DNA from: a virus
Lineage: Duplodnaviria; Heunggongvirae; Uroviricota; Caudoviricetes
IMG/VR virus record: IMGVR_UViG_3300032167_005013
Strand: one strand, 5' to 3'
Length of the DNA: 64,000 nucleotides
Within the stretch, counting starts at the first letter, position 1. Each line of letters starts with the position of its first letter. Made by a program: the position numbers and the translations under genes. Below are positions 9,711 to 19,479 of the stretch, piece after piece. The notes under the pieces are model-generated. The model made no database searches. It was not told the DNA's origin and saw only the letters and a list, made by a program, of their open reading frames with translations.

Positions 9711-10175
9711 TTATTTTGTATATTGAATTCGATAAGTAGTACCTTTTGCAGCCATATTATATGAATCCACTAACATTTCAGTGACTTTTTTCCACTTATC
9801 CTCAGCTTCACTGAAATTACGTTGTTTTATCCCCATAAAAATCTCACTCTGAATTGTGGCCAACTGTGCGTAAAGAATATTAAGCGGCGAATAATAGTCA
9901 TCAATCTCAACAGACCCTTCACAATCTACACTAAATGTGGTCTCCCACTCTTTTGGAGTATTTTTAAGTTCTTTATAAGACTCAAACTTGGCATATCTTT
10001 CAGCCATATCACGTTCAAATGGGCTCTCCTTTGCTTTAATATCATCTAAAATTTCTTTAACACGCTTAGAATCGCTGTCAGTCCATTTGATTTTCAAACT
10101 GTTAACCTTTTTCTCTTCATTAGCCTTGATGTATTCATTCATCCTGCGTATAAGTTCAATATCGTAATTGTCCAT
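9711..10175 (-). CDS. hypothetical protein
   Basis: 154-aa ORF. Confidence 0.45.
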   Translation of the reverse strand: MDNYDIELIRRMNEYIKANEEKKVNSLKIKWTDSDSKRVKEILDDIKAKESPFERDMAERYAKFESYKELKNTPKEWETTFSVDCEGSVEIDDYYSPLNILYAQLATIQSEIFMGIKQRNFSEAEDKWKKVTEMLVDSYNMAAKGTTYRIQYTK

Positions 10176-10229
10176 AATTAAAAACTTTTTCTATAAAAAG
10201 ATAATTCTATTAAATAGTTTTGTAAATAA

Positions 10230-11123
10230 TTAATCGTGTATTAATGGTTTTAATTCTCTGTTTTTCAACGCTTCTTTAAGTGTGGCAACAAATTCCTCAA
10301 GATTAATCTTATCGTATGTACCATCAGGCTTAAGCCATAATATTCTTCGAGCAATGACTTTCAGCCCAACCTTTTCGAGACAATTCTGATATAAAGAAAG
10401 TTGTAACTTATATAAGTTCAAAGGCATGTCCAACAATTCTTCAAACGGTACAAGTAACTTCTTTTCTTTGAAATTCTTATAAAGATTCGCATTTGTCTTC
10501 CAATCCATTACTATAAGCCCACTTTTGTCAGGTTTCTTGCCTTCCAACTCCGCATCATAATAAAAAAGAATATCAAATGTCCCCGAATAACCCAAATCAG
10601 CGTCATATACCTTTGTTTCTGCCATAATAGGAATAATGCACTCCGGAATATCCTCATAGAATTTCACAACAGCCTCCTCCTTAGGGTCATAAGCAACAAA
10701 CCCCCCATCTTCAGTTAACCTATTCTTATAATCAGGGAGAATCTTATCATGTTGCCCTATCATATAATAAAAACAAGATTCCCCAAATTCATGCCTAAAT
10801 GTACCCGTTGTACATGCTTCATTGCTTATTTTTTTCCATGATGCCAAAATTTCATCGGCTGTCATTCCATAATACTTGGACTTAGGATTATTGAAGTTGC
10901 GTTCATAAGTCTCCTGTGCCTTTATCTTAGAATCAAAATGTTCTTGAAAAAGGTGGGTTACATCTGAAACACAAGTCATTGGCTTTCCGTTAAGGAAATA
11001 TTTATGTCCATCTTCAATAAAGACAAGCCCATTAAATGAACTGCGTATTTTCTCTCTTATTTCTTCATATTTCGGGTTATCCCAAATCCCCTCCCATTTA
11101 TTGTTTCTATATAACGTTCTCAT
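10230..11123 (-). CDS. PD-(D/E)xK family nuclease (YqaJ / lambda-exonuclease-like)
   Basis: GTFDILFYYD ... LIVMDWKTN (D...D/E-x-K core); ATG start. Confidence 0.5.
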   Translation of the reverse strand: MRTLYRNNKWEGIWDNPKYEEIREKIRSSFNGLVFIEDGHKYFLNGKPMTCVSDVTHLFQEHFDSKIKAQETYERNFNNPKSKYYGMTADEILASWKKISNEACTTGTFRHEFGESCFYYMIGQHDKILPDYKNRLTEDGGFVAYDPKEEAVVKFYEDIPECIIPIMAETKVYDADLGYSGTFDILFYYDAELEGKKPDKSGLIVMDWKTNANLYKNFKEKKLLVPFEELLDMPLNLYKLQLSLYQNCLEKVGLKVIARRILWLKPDGTYDKINLEEFVATLKEALKNRELKPLIHD

Positions 11124-11484
11124 TCTTAATCTTTTGAATTTTTTCTTTTATCAACCGTTTTTCAAGTTTTGACTTTATGATGTCAGCATGGCAACTGAGA
11201 GGTTTACAGAAGCAACCGAGATAGACATCCTCACCACTTTTGTAAATCTCATATATCTCATCAATCGCTTTGGTATAAGCAATGTTGGAACCATACATGA
11301 TGTCAAAATAATCCGAATAACGGTCAATAGCCTCTTCCCTGTCTTTTACCACATATATCGCTTTTGTCTTACGGTCCTTTATATGTGTGTAGGGATTACC
11401 TAAAACAGAGCCCCGTCCAACATAAAAACTATTTGGGCCATTATGCGTTTCCACTCTTAAATTATAAACGTATATCATATGCAA
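11107..11484 (-). CDS. DUF4326 domain protein
   Basis: YVGRGSVLGNPY and LGCFCKPLSCHADII, the two hallmark motifs of DUF4326. Confidence 0.55.
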   Translation of the reverse strand: MHMIYVYNLRVETHNGPNSFYVGRGSVLGNPYTHIKDRKTKAIYVVKDREEAIDRYSDYFDIMYGSNIAYTKAIDEIYEIYKSGEDVYLGCFCKPLSCHADIIKSKLEKRLIKEKIQKIKNENVI

Positions 11485-11962
11485 TATTTAACTCACCAAT
11501 AACTACATCATTCTTATATGCTGTAATAGAGGCATTATCCCCCGGTTTATAATGATAGATACAACAAGCATCTTGAATAATATCTCCTTTCACATCAATC
11601 CTATCCGGTTTATCTCCCCATTTTACAGTAAACGGAGTTTCTACGGCATATTTAACTTCTTTTATTTCAAGTACACCCACAACATGTTCTTCGCCTAATG
11701 TTAAATCTATTTTAAAATTCCCCTTTTTCCCTTTAAGTGGTATGGTATATTTTAAAAAAGTTTCATTCACAGATAACCACTTTTCTTTTGCGTCTACAAT
11801 AATCTTATATTTTCCCCAAGTTAAATATTTGACATGTATTTTTAGTTTTTCGGAACTTTGAGTGAAATCTAAAATATTTTTACAATACCAATAGTCTTCA
11901 AGGACATATTCTTTTCTACCCCCTTCTTTTGGTAAAGTTATTGTTACAATACTTGTATTCAT
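11462..11962 (-). CDS. hypothetical protein
   Basis: 166-aa ORF. Confidence 0.45.
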   Translation of the reverse strand: MNTSIVTITLPKEGGRKEYVLEDYWYCKNILDFTQSSEKLKIHVKYLTWGKYKIIVDAKEKWLSVNETFLKYTIPLKGKKGNFKIDLTLGEEHVVGVLEIKEVKYAVETPFTVKWGDKPDRIDVKGDIIQDACCIYHYKPGDNASITAYKNDVVIGELNIAYDIRL

Positions 11963-11983
11963 ATAATTTTTTTATTATTCTTA

Positions 11984-12571
11984 TTAAATCCAATTATCAA
12001 AATCCTCATCAGAATCATCTATGATATAATCAAGCGCATCGAACCTATTAATGAAAAATTTAACATCTTCTCTATTGAAATATTCCGGATATTTCTTAAG
12101 CAAGACTTCCAAATCAAGTTCATGATAAGCCCTTTTCATATTTTCTTCAGTAGGAGTTAAACATGTGTCAAAAAAATCATTAAGATATTTTTCAAACTCT
12201 TCTTTCGTTATTATTTCATATTCATCATCAATACTAAACTGTATGGTATTATATACATGATACCACCCGTCACCCGTTTTATCCAAACAGATTCCTTCAA
12301 ATAAAAAACGTGTTGTTACAGGTGATAATAGACGAGGGTTCTCCCGAACAGGGGTACCAATCACACCACCACCCGCATGCGTAATCATCATATATTCGTT
12401 TTTCCCTTTATTGCTCCGATTTATCTTAACATATAAAGGGTAACCTTGCGATGCAAAATCATCTTTCACCTCGTTATGCCACTCTCGATATAAATCATAT
12501 CTTTTATGTTCAATAAGAGCAGATTCATATTTTAACTCTCTTAATTTCTCCAATCTCTCTTCTTTTGTCAT
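11984..12571 (-). CDS. hypothetical protein
   Basis: 195-aa ORF. Confidence 0.45.
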   Translation of the reverse strand: MTKEERLEKLRELKYESALIEHKRYDLYREWHNEVKDDFASQGYPLYVKINRSNKGKNEYMMITHAGGGVIGTPVRENPRLLSPVTTRFLFEGICLDKTGDGWYHVYNTIQFSIDDEYEIITKEEFEKYLNDFFDTCLTPTEENMKRAYHELDLEVLLKKYPEYFNREDVKFFINRFDALDYIIDDSDEDFDNWI

Positions 12572-13299
12572 TATGCAATCCTCCCTGACAAATATAGTTT
12601 TAACATATTATCCTGAGGTTCATAAGCCTCATCAACATAAGAAACATTGGCAATTGCAGTACCATCAACAACTTGTAGTTTATGATTTCCTGAATGTATA
12701 TGTCCACAAAAAACATACTGTGGCTGTTTTTCCTTAATTGCAGCAGCAAGAATTGGACAGCCTGCATTACGTTTGTATGGTGTGCCCCAATCAACATATC
12801 CGTAGCCTTCAATATCAGGTGCCGAATGGGTTATAAGAACATCAAGGTCTTCAGGAATTTCAGCAAATTTCTTCCTTAATTTTGCATCAGAACGCATAAA
12901 AGCCCAATTACCAAAAATCTGACAATATGGGGTACCGAAGATTTTTAAATATGATGGCATACCTGAACCGTCATCAATATATTCAAAGCGGTATTCTTTA
13001 TTCCTGAGAACCACAAGACGGCCATTAGTCAACATTGAAAGCCGTTGATAATCATCCTCATTCCAACGTTCAAAAACCATATCATGATTTCCCGGGGTCA
13101 TAACCACCTTACTCCACACATTTTTAAAAGGGAGAGACAGAATCCATTCAACAAACTCATTTTCCACCCATTCTTTTTGAAATGAGAAATAATGGTCATG
13201 CGCAGGAACCACATCACCACATATCAACATGAGGTCAAATTCCTCAACAACTGTAGGTAAATTACCATGTAAATCTGATGTAACAATTGTCTTAAACAT
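12571..13299 (-). CDS. calcineurin-like metallophosphoesterase
   Basis: SDLHGN, GDVV, GNHD and GHIH motifs; start moved to ATG 13297-13299, which overlaps the stop of the upstream gene (TAATG). Confidence 0.6.
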   Translation of the reverse strand: MFKTIVTSDLHGNLPTVVEEFDLMLICGDVVPAHDHYFSFQKEWVENEFVEWILSLPFKNVWSKVVMTPGNHDMVFERWNEDDYQRLSMLTNGRLVVLRNKEYRFEYIDDGSGMPSYLKIFGTPYCQIFGNWAFMRSDAKLRKKFAEIPEDLDVLITHSAPDIEGYGYVDWGTPYKRNAGCPILAAAIKEKQPQYVFCGHIHSGNHKLQVVDGTAIANVSYVDEAYEPQDNMLKLYLSGRIA

Positions 13300-14111
13300 T
13301 ATATCCTCCAACCAAATTTAGATTTATCATTATTAACTTTCACGAGAACTCTACCTATTTTATGTATAAGTTCGTTTATACACTTTTCCACTTTTTTAAG
13401 ACTCCATTTGTATTCTTTAAGAATCTTCTTCAATTCAATATCATTTTTTACATCATCGAATATCTCAATTAACTCAATATATAACTTACCGACTTCACTG
13501 TTGCTTATGTTGCTATAATCATATGGGGGCGTTGCAAAATTATCAACCATACAATACGAATACAGCCCATTAATGAAGCCATCCTGTTCAGACTTAAGAC
13601 AACCATAAATCAATCTACCTACCTTATGGCGTTTTTCGTCAGACGATTCCATATCATTCCTCATCTTGGCATATAACGTATTGCTTGGAATTGTTTTCTG
13701 AGAACGAAACTGCTGCAAGATATGTTCCAATTCATGTTGAATCACTTCAACCGCCTTTTCCTTAACAATAGTACCATTAATACCATATAAATTGATATTA
13801 CATATTATATGATATCGTCCAAGATATGCAGAGCCACCTGTTACCAAACAACTTTCCCCATATTTATCAACTTCTTCCTTATTAAGGAAATTCCTATATT
13901 GATAGGAAATTTTAAACTGATGGTCGTCAATTTCAGCACCAACAGAACCTCTTTGGATGGTATATGAACCACCATCTTCTTTCTCCCTGTTTGGTAAATC
14001 ATTGACAATCGTTTTAAACACCCTTACAGCCTCATCATAAACACCTTGAAGAACGCCAAGTTCCTCTTTCACAAGAACTCGTAACTGATTTTCGTTTATA
14101 ATCAGCCTCAT
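13299..14111 (-). CDS. hypothetical protein with an HExxH motif (QHELEHI)
   Basis: 270-aa ORF. Confidence 0.4.
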   Translation of the reverse strand: MRLIINENQLRVLVKEELGVLQGVYDEAVRVFKTIVNDLPNREKEDGGSYTIQRGSVGAEIDDHQFKISYQYRNFLNKEEVDKYGESCLVTGGSAYLGRYHIICNINLYGINGTIVKEKAVEVIQHELEHILQQFRSQKTIPSNTLYAKMRNDMESSDEKRHKVGRLIYGCLKSEQDGFINGLYSYCMVDNFATPPYDYSNISNSEVGKLYIELIEIFDDVKNDIELKKILKEYKWSLKKVEKCINELIHKIGRVLVKVNNDKSKFGWRI

Positions 14112-14115
14112 GTTC

Positions 14116-14805
14116 TTAATATATAAACCAAGTTATACGTATGTCAGTCGCCTTAAGACATCCATATTGCTGTTCAACCAAAGTACGAATTCGACAGATT
14201 TCTCCATAAATCCTAAGAAGAAAATTGAATTTTTCCTTGAAAACATATTCATTGAAATTATCATCACCAGTTTCCTCATCATATATATGAAAACCAATAT
14301 TTTGAAGAAGCCTGTCAAGTTTCCAATTTATATCCTTAAGTTCGTCAGCCTTCATTAATCTCGGCACTGTATCCAAGAAATGTTCTTTCATTTCCCCATA
14401 TGCCCCAAGAAGGTCAATAAGATAAAAATAAGAAGGTATTGATGCATTGGACGCATAATCATTATATTTTTTTACCAATTCAGGTGAAGCATCCTTAGGC
14501 ATGCCAAGGTCTGATTCAATATATCCAAAATTATATTCTTTATTCAATAGGAAATCCTGAATTTCATAATCCTCCATAAAATGAGTCGTATCCTCAATAT
14601 ACCCAAATTCAATTGGCTCCTCACCCTCATCAAGATACTCTTTCGACATTTTCCAAGTAAGGTCTTTAGGAAATGCCCCATCTGCCTCGCAAGCAAGGTA
14701 ATCATCACGACGAAACTTTCTAAGGAGTTCCCATTTTCCACCATTACGGACCTCAATCATTGATACAACATATGTACTCATAAAACCAAATAATTTTTGT
14801 TGCAA
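14116..14805 (-). CDS. hypothetical protein
   Basis: 229-aa ORF. Confidence 0.45.
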   Translation of the reverse strand: MQQKLFGFMSTYVVSMIEVRNGGKWELLRKFRRDDYLACEADGAFPKDLTWKMSKEYLDEGEEPIEFGYIEDTTHFMEDYEIQDFLLNKEYNFGYIESDLGMPKDASPELVKKYNDYASNASIPSYFYLIDLLGAYGEMKEHFLDTVPRLMKADELKDINWKLDRLLQNIGFHIYDEETGDDNFNEYVFKEKFNFLLRIYGEICRIRTLVEQQYGCLKATDIRITWFIY

Positions 14806-14871
14806 AGATAGTGTTTTCTTTTGGATTAAACAAAAAATGTGAGAAATTATTTTTAACTAAGTGAGTTGTTT

Positions 14872-14907
14872 ACTTGATTTATAACTATTTATAGTTATAA
14901 ATCAAGT
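14872..14907. promoter_or_regulatory. perfect 15-bp inverted repeat (acttgatttataact N6 agttataaatcaagt), operator-like, in a divergent intergenic region
   Basis: seen in sequence; lies between the minus gene ending at 14805 and the plus gene starting at 14947. Confidence 0.5.
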
Positions 14908-14946
14908 GTATATTTTAATAACGAAAAGTAAAAATGTAAAATACAT

Positions 14947-15570
14947 ATGGCGACGGATAATAGTAATGCTATATACACAGCAGGAGAAATGCAAAATACA
15001 GGGAAGTTCAGTTTCAACACAACGAACATCAATAACGCATCATACATACCAAGTTTAGATATGTGTCCAACAAAAGCCCAAATTACTGCAGCAGCAAAAA
15101 CCGGTTATACTTTAACAATTTCAACAGCCTATAATGCTAAACAACTTGTACCAAGCAAAGATTGGTCTATGACAAAAAACATTGGTAAACTAACAATTCA
15201 TTTTTATACTAGTGCGTTAACATCAAACACAGTATTAAATGGATGGAGATATACAACTTCAACCCTCCCCTCGTTAAAATATAGCTCATTGGAAACAGGT
15301 ACATCTATTTTTTATTGTTCACCAGGTACTTTAAACTCAACTTATACCACAGGTGCGACATTAACCCTTAACACAAGCAAACACAGTACATGGCCAATAG
15401 GTTCTTACCTCTGTTATCTCGTATACATTTGTACAACTCAGACTGGTTATGCTGTATTATCTGGATATTATGAACCATCGGAAGCAAGTCAGTTAAATTC
15501 AGGAACTAACGTTGAAGCACTTAGGAACTGGTCAATACAAACCTTTACTTTTCAAGAATTTTATAGTTAA
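14947..15570 (+). CDS. Ser/Thr-rich hypothetical protein
   Basis: 207-aa ORF with an ATG start, between the operator-like palindrome and a strong terminator. Confidence 0.5.
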   Translation: MATDNSNAIYTAGEMQNTGKFSFNTTNINNASYIPSLDMCPTKAQITAAAKTGYTLTISTAYNAKQLVPSKDWSMTKNIGKLTIHFYTSALTSNTVLNGWRYTTSTLPSLKYSSLETGTSIFYCSPGTLNSTYTTGATLTLNTSKHSTWPIGSYLCYLVYICTTQTGYAVLSGYYEPSEASQLNSGTNVEALRNWSIQTFTFQEFYS

Positions 15571-15610
15571 TATTGAACATTTACTTACTTATTATATACT
15601 TACACACGAA

Positions 15611-15649
15611 AAAACGGGACCTGTCGTGAGACACATCCCGTTTTATTTT
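15611..15649 (+). terminator. rho-independent terminator (aaaacgggacctgtcgtgagacacatcccgtttt + T-run); the same hairpin recurs at 31163-31194
   Basis: 9-bp stem, then ttttatttta. Confidence 0.6.
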
Positions 15650-16460
15650 AAAATCGTCTAATCTTATCCAAATATCCCTCAGATAATTCAATGATATTTG
15701 CTTTGTTAGCAAGAGATTTAATAAGAAGTTGATTATGAAGAACAACAATAATTTGCACTGTTTGTGATGCATCAACCAAAAAATCCCTCAATGCTGCAAG
15801 ATTATCCACATCAAGCCCCTCATCAGGTTCATCCATAATGAAAACCGCTTTCTTTGGGAGTGTATCATCATTAAAACCGTCAATAGCCTCTTTCGTTTTC
15901 TCAACAGCCTTTGTCCACATATCATTCATCGGTTTTTTAGGAAACAAAGAATCTTTGGTATATACCCCCATTTTTTCATTGGCCTCAATGATTGCCATTT
16001 TAAGCGTATTTATCATTCTCTGTCCTTTGCTCATTTTTCCTTCAGAAAAAAACTGTGCAAAATCACGGAAATTTTGAAAATTGTAACCGCCTCTCTTATT
16101 TTTCACACCCGTATCATCCATTCTATGAACAGGAGCATCATAATCATTGACAATTCTGAACATATCCTGCGGCTTATAAGCGGGGTCAAACCCTGATGAA
16201 TCAGGATAAAAAATCTTTACATCATCCCAAAACGTATATTCATTATTGAGGCCACCACGAGCAAGCGTCAACCTTGTTATTATATCAACCAATGTCGTCT
16301 TACCACAACCGTTTTCACCAATAACAAGATTCAACCCCGGTGTAAACTCAATCTTCTTAGGAAGAAGTTTTCTTTTTTTCTCATTTTCATCCTCACTAAG
16401 ATAATAATAGTCATTAACACTATTCTTTGCCTTATAGTTAATTTCAAGTGTTTTAATCAT
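15648..16460 (-). CDS. ABC/SMC-type P-loop ATPase
   Basis: Walker A GENGCGKTT, Walker B FIMDEPDEGLD, VVLHN; start moved to ATG 16458-16460. Confidence 0.55.
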   Translation of the reverse strand: MIKTLEINYKAKNSVNDYYYLSEDENEKKRKLLPKKIEFTPGLNLVIGENGCGKTTLVDIITRLTLARGGLNNEYTFWDDVKIFYPDSSGFDPAYKPQDMFRIVNDYDAPVHRMDDTGVKNKRGGYNFQNFRDFAQFFSEGKMSKGQRMINTLKMAIIEANEKMGVYTKDSLFPKKPMNDMWTKAVEKTKEAIDGFNDDTLPKKAVFIMDEPDEGLDVDNLAALRDFLVDASQTVQIIVVLHNQLLIKSLANKANIIELSEGYLDKIRRF

Positions 16461-16462
16461 AA

Positions 16463-17983
16463 TCAAACTGCATTATACTCACTAATACTCTCAATAAGGT
16501 CTGATAATGTCATAAGAACATATTCAGGGTACTTCTTTGAAACAAAATTTCCTGTCTTAGGGTCAATATCAGCAATTGCCGATATGCTCTTAGGTATATC
16601 CCCATCTTCAGCAAATGCTACTTTTTCATCATATGGCAGGGCTTCAAACGCCTCATTGAATGCATTACGAATTTCATTAATACCCTTTTCCTCTTCCTCA
16701 GCCATTCTCCTATCATAGTCAGCCACAATTTCCTCCCAATTCATAGAACATTCATCAATGAAAGGAATATCGAACTCAGGATGGGCTTTCCAAAAACGAA
16801 TCTCCTTATCTTCCATTGTCATCAACTGTTCATATGTATCTTGGTCGCCTTCCTTATTAGGTTGTCCCGAAGTAAGTACTGATTCTTCCTCGGTAAAATA
16901 TGGACGGTCCTCAGGATTGGTAATAAGAATACGTGTTCTAATATCTTTCGAGAAGCATACAAGAAGAGGTGTGATTCTCTTATTGAACATGTCAATATAC
17001 TTTGCTGAATTATATTCCTCACCTTCCTGACAATATACATCTGTTTCAGAATCAACAATATTCTGTGGAAGAAGTCGTGCGTTAAGAATAATCTCATCCT
17101 CTTTCTGAGCATATGGATAGGCCTTTGTTAAGAATTCATTCATTGTAAGGGACTTGTCCTCTTTCTTATGCGCCTTGAACTCCTTTTCAATTTTAGTGGT
17201 TACATCCACCTTCTCGTGTTCACCGTTTGATAAAGTCTGATATTCATAATATTTAGCCACTTTCTTGACATCAGCCTGTGACTTGCTTTTACCTGTATTT
17301 ACATAATACAAAGTCTCACCCTGCTTGACATCAAGCCCTTCCTTAATTGCCAATTCCATCCATGCCTGACGTGACTTAGGCCTACCTGCCTTAGTAAGCG
17401 TCTTGCAATCCTTAATATAATCTTTAATGTTCTTTTTTACCTTACCCTTGGATGCAATATCCTTAAGCGGAATCTGATAATTGTATATCTTTTCTATATA
17501 AGAATAATATTCATCCAAAAATCCTGAGCCATTGTTCTGCAGAAGCAACCTGATACCTTTTTCAAGAAACTTTGAAATATATATAGGCATTTTCTTGGAT
17601 TTAATGGTATTACCGACAAGTTTCACATCATTAGGAAATGGATTTTCCGGGAAATAATCTGCGTAATTTTTACGTGAGAAGTTGATGGTCGAATCAACAA
17701 TCTCATCTATGCCGAGTCCCATCTTTCCTCGCATATAAAGGTCATTGAACTCAGCGACATCGGCCTTGAAACCTGTATATTTTTGCCCTTCTACGACATT
17801 TCTATTTAGTCCTTTTCCAATGTAAGGGTTTTCGTCAGTATAACGATACTCTGACGGGAGTTTGAAGTTAAATCCGTCAGTATTTGAGATTACATTTAGT
17901 CCCAACGCATTTACAATTGTACCATCACATGAAATATCATAAACGTAATCATCTGTTTTTCCCTTTTTCTCTACTTTAATCAT
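16463..17983 (-). CDS. family-B DNA polymerase, C-terminal half, preceded by a 34-aa split-intein C-part
   Basis: opens MIKVEKKGKTDDYVYDISCDGTIVNALGLNVISN then TDGFNF; the DTDG motif-C remnant comes straight after the intein end; the TTG at 18013 is likely not the true start. Confidence 0.65.
   Translation of the reverse strand: MIKVEKKGKTDDYVYDISCDGTIVNALGLNVISNTDGFNFKLPSEYRYTDENPYIGKGLNRNVVEGQKYTGFKADVAEFNDLYMRGKMGLGIDEIVDSTINFSRKNYADYFPENPFPNDVKLVGNTIKSKKMPIYISKFLEKGIRLLLQNNGSGFLDEYYSYIEKIYNYQIPLKDIASKGKVKKNIKDYIKDCKTLTKAGRPKSRQAWMELAIKEGLDVKQGETLYYVNTGKSKSQADVKKVAKYYEYQTLSNGEHEKVDVTTKIEKEFKAHKKEDKSLTMNEFLTKAYPYAQKEDEIILNARLLPQNIVDSETDVYCQEGEEYNSAKYIDMFNKRITPLLVCFSKDIRTRILITNPEDRPYFTEEESVLTSGQPNKEGDQDTYEQLMTMEDKEIRFWKAHPEFDIPFIDECSMNWEEIVADYDRRMAEEEEKGINEIRNAFNEAFEALPYDEKVAFAEDGDIPKSISAIADIDPKTGNFVSKKYPEYVLMTLSDLIESISEYNAV
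17882..17983 (-). other. split-intein C-terminal part (Int-C, about 34 aa, ends ...VISN; the +1 residue is Thr)
   Basis: intein block F/G-like pattern DDYVYDISCDG..IVNALGLNVISN; inference from motifs. Confidence 0.55.
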
Positions 17984-18217
17984 ATTAAAATATTTTTCAT
18001 TAAGTTTTTGCAAAAATAAAAACTATTTTTCTTTTTTCCAAATATATTTTTTGGGAATGATATACAAGTTACACTAAAAATGCCATAAATAACTGAAGTC
18101 TATACGAAAATGTCTGGACTTTTTATGATATTTATTAAGAAAAAGTAGTATGAATTTACAATACGTTACTGCTAAAAATGTTAGAAATAATTTTTATAGT
18201 GAAAAATAAATATATAT

Positions 18218-18568
18218 ATGGAAAACCGAAATATAATACAACATCTACGTGGAAATTCACCATTATCAATTGGTAAAGCTAAAGAAATAGGAATGCTCCA
18301 AGGAGAAATTGCCATTAAACATGGTGTTAGCGGAGACTCAGAACTTTATGTATTATCACAAGATGGTGAAGCATTAGATATATTTGTTCCCAAATCGTAT
18401 ATTGATTCAAAACTGTTTTATGGTACACAGGCAGAATACGATGCGGCATATGCTGCTGGTAAAATTGCAATAGGCGCAATTGTTGTCATTATAGATGATG
18501 AAGAAAACACAAATGGCGCTTCATCTAAATTAGGTGAGGGTGTAATTGGAGAAATGATTTTAGAATAA
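18218..18568 (+). CDS. tail-fibre N-terminal-domain protein
   Basis: GEIAIKHGVSGDSELYVLSQDGEALDIFVPK resembles the N-terminus of the 56789..58483 fibre. Confidence 0.45.
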   Translation: MENRNIIQHLRGNSPLSIGKAKEIGMLQGEIAIKHGVSGDSELYVLSQDGEALDIFVPKSYIDSKLFYGTQAEYDAAYAAGKIAIGAIVVIIDDEENTNGASSKLGEGVIGEMILE

Positions 18569-18583
18569 AAAATAAATAAAGAG

Positions 18584-19447
18584 ATGATTTTATATATTAA
18601 AGGTGCTAATTTTTCAGCATCAAATATAGGAACACTTAGCACTTATATTGTGCAAAAAACTATGGGTGCAGGTATATCGCACAATATTCCTAATTTTATT
18701 AATAGAAACGAGGAAAACGTAGTATGGACTGTTACATTATCACAAGATTATATATTTGGTGAATATAGTATTGTTATGGGTGGTGAGGTAATAGAACCAA
18801 ATATTCAAGATAATATTATGACTATAACAATTCCAGTAGTAACCAATAACATCAGTATTTCAATTGCAAGCATTTATGAAAATAATGGAGATGGAAGTGA
18901 TGGACAAGAAACAGTTATATTGTTAAACAATAATGTTAATTTCTCAGATTTAAGTGTTTCATCATATGGTCCTACTCAAGGTACAGGTGGTTCTTCATTC
19001 GTAGAAAGATGTGCTCTTTCAGGAGGTACATATGTAGATTATGTTGATTTTTATGTTATCACACCTAACAAAACTTTCCCTAGCGAACCTATAACTATTC
19101 CATATATTAAACTATATTTTGTGGATGCTGAAACAGAAACTGTCGAAGAATTAGTATATGACCAAGCAAATCAATCATCTATTTTATCTGATACTACCGA
19201 AACAAATGGTTATCAAATTATTAGATGTCCTATTAAACGTACATTGCAAAAAAATATTCATCTTGGTATTACAGTAAATGAAGGTTATAGTGATTATTCA
19301 TCATTGTATACTATCCCTTATGTAAATTATACGACTTCTAATAGTATACTTGGTAAACCTTATTTTGGTACAACAATTGTTTTGGGACAAACAGTTGCAG
19401 GAAAAACTGCTAATTATTATTGTCCTATGGTAATTTATGGTTATTAA
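18584..19447 (+). CDS. tail-associated hypothetical protein
   Basis: 287-aa ORF inside the fibre cassette. Confidence 0.4.
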   Translation: MILYIKGANFSASNIGTLSTYIVQKTMGAGISHNIPNFINRNEENVVWTVTLSQDYIFGEYSIVMGGEVIEPNIQDNIMTITIPVVTNNISISIASIYENNGDGSDGQETVILLNNNVNFSDLSVSSYGPTQGTGGSSFVERCALSGGTYVDYVDFYVITPNKTFPSEPITIPYIKLYFVDAETETVEELVYDQANQSSILSDTTETNGYQIIRCPIKRTLQKNIHLGITVNEGYSDYSSLYTIPYVNYTTSNSILGKPYFGTTIVLGQTVAGKTANYYCPMVIYGY

Positions 19448-19479
19448 AATATAATTTTTTTCAAAAAAAAATAATTGAC

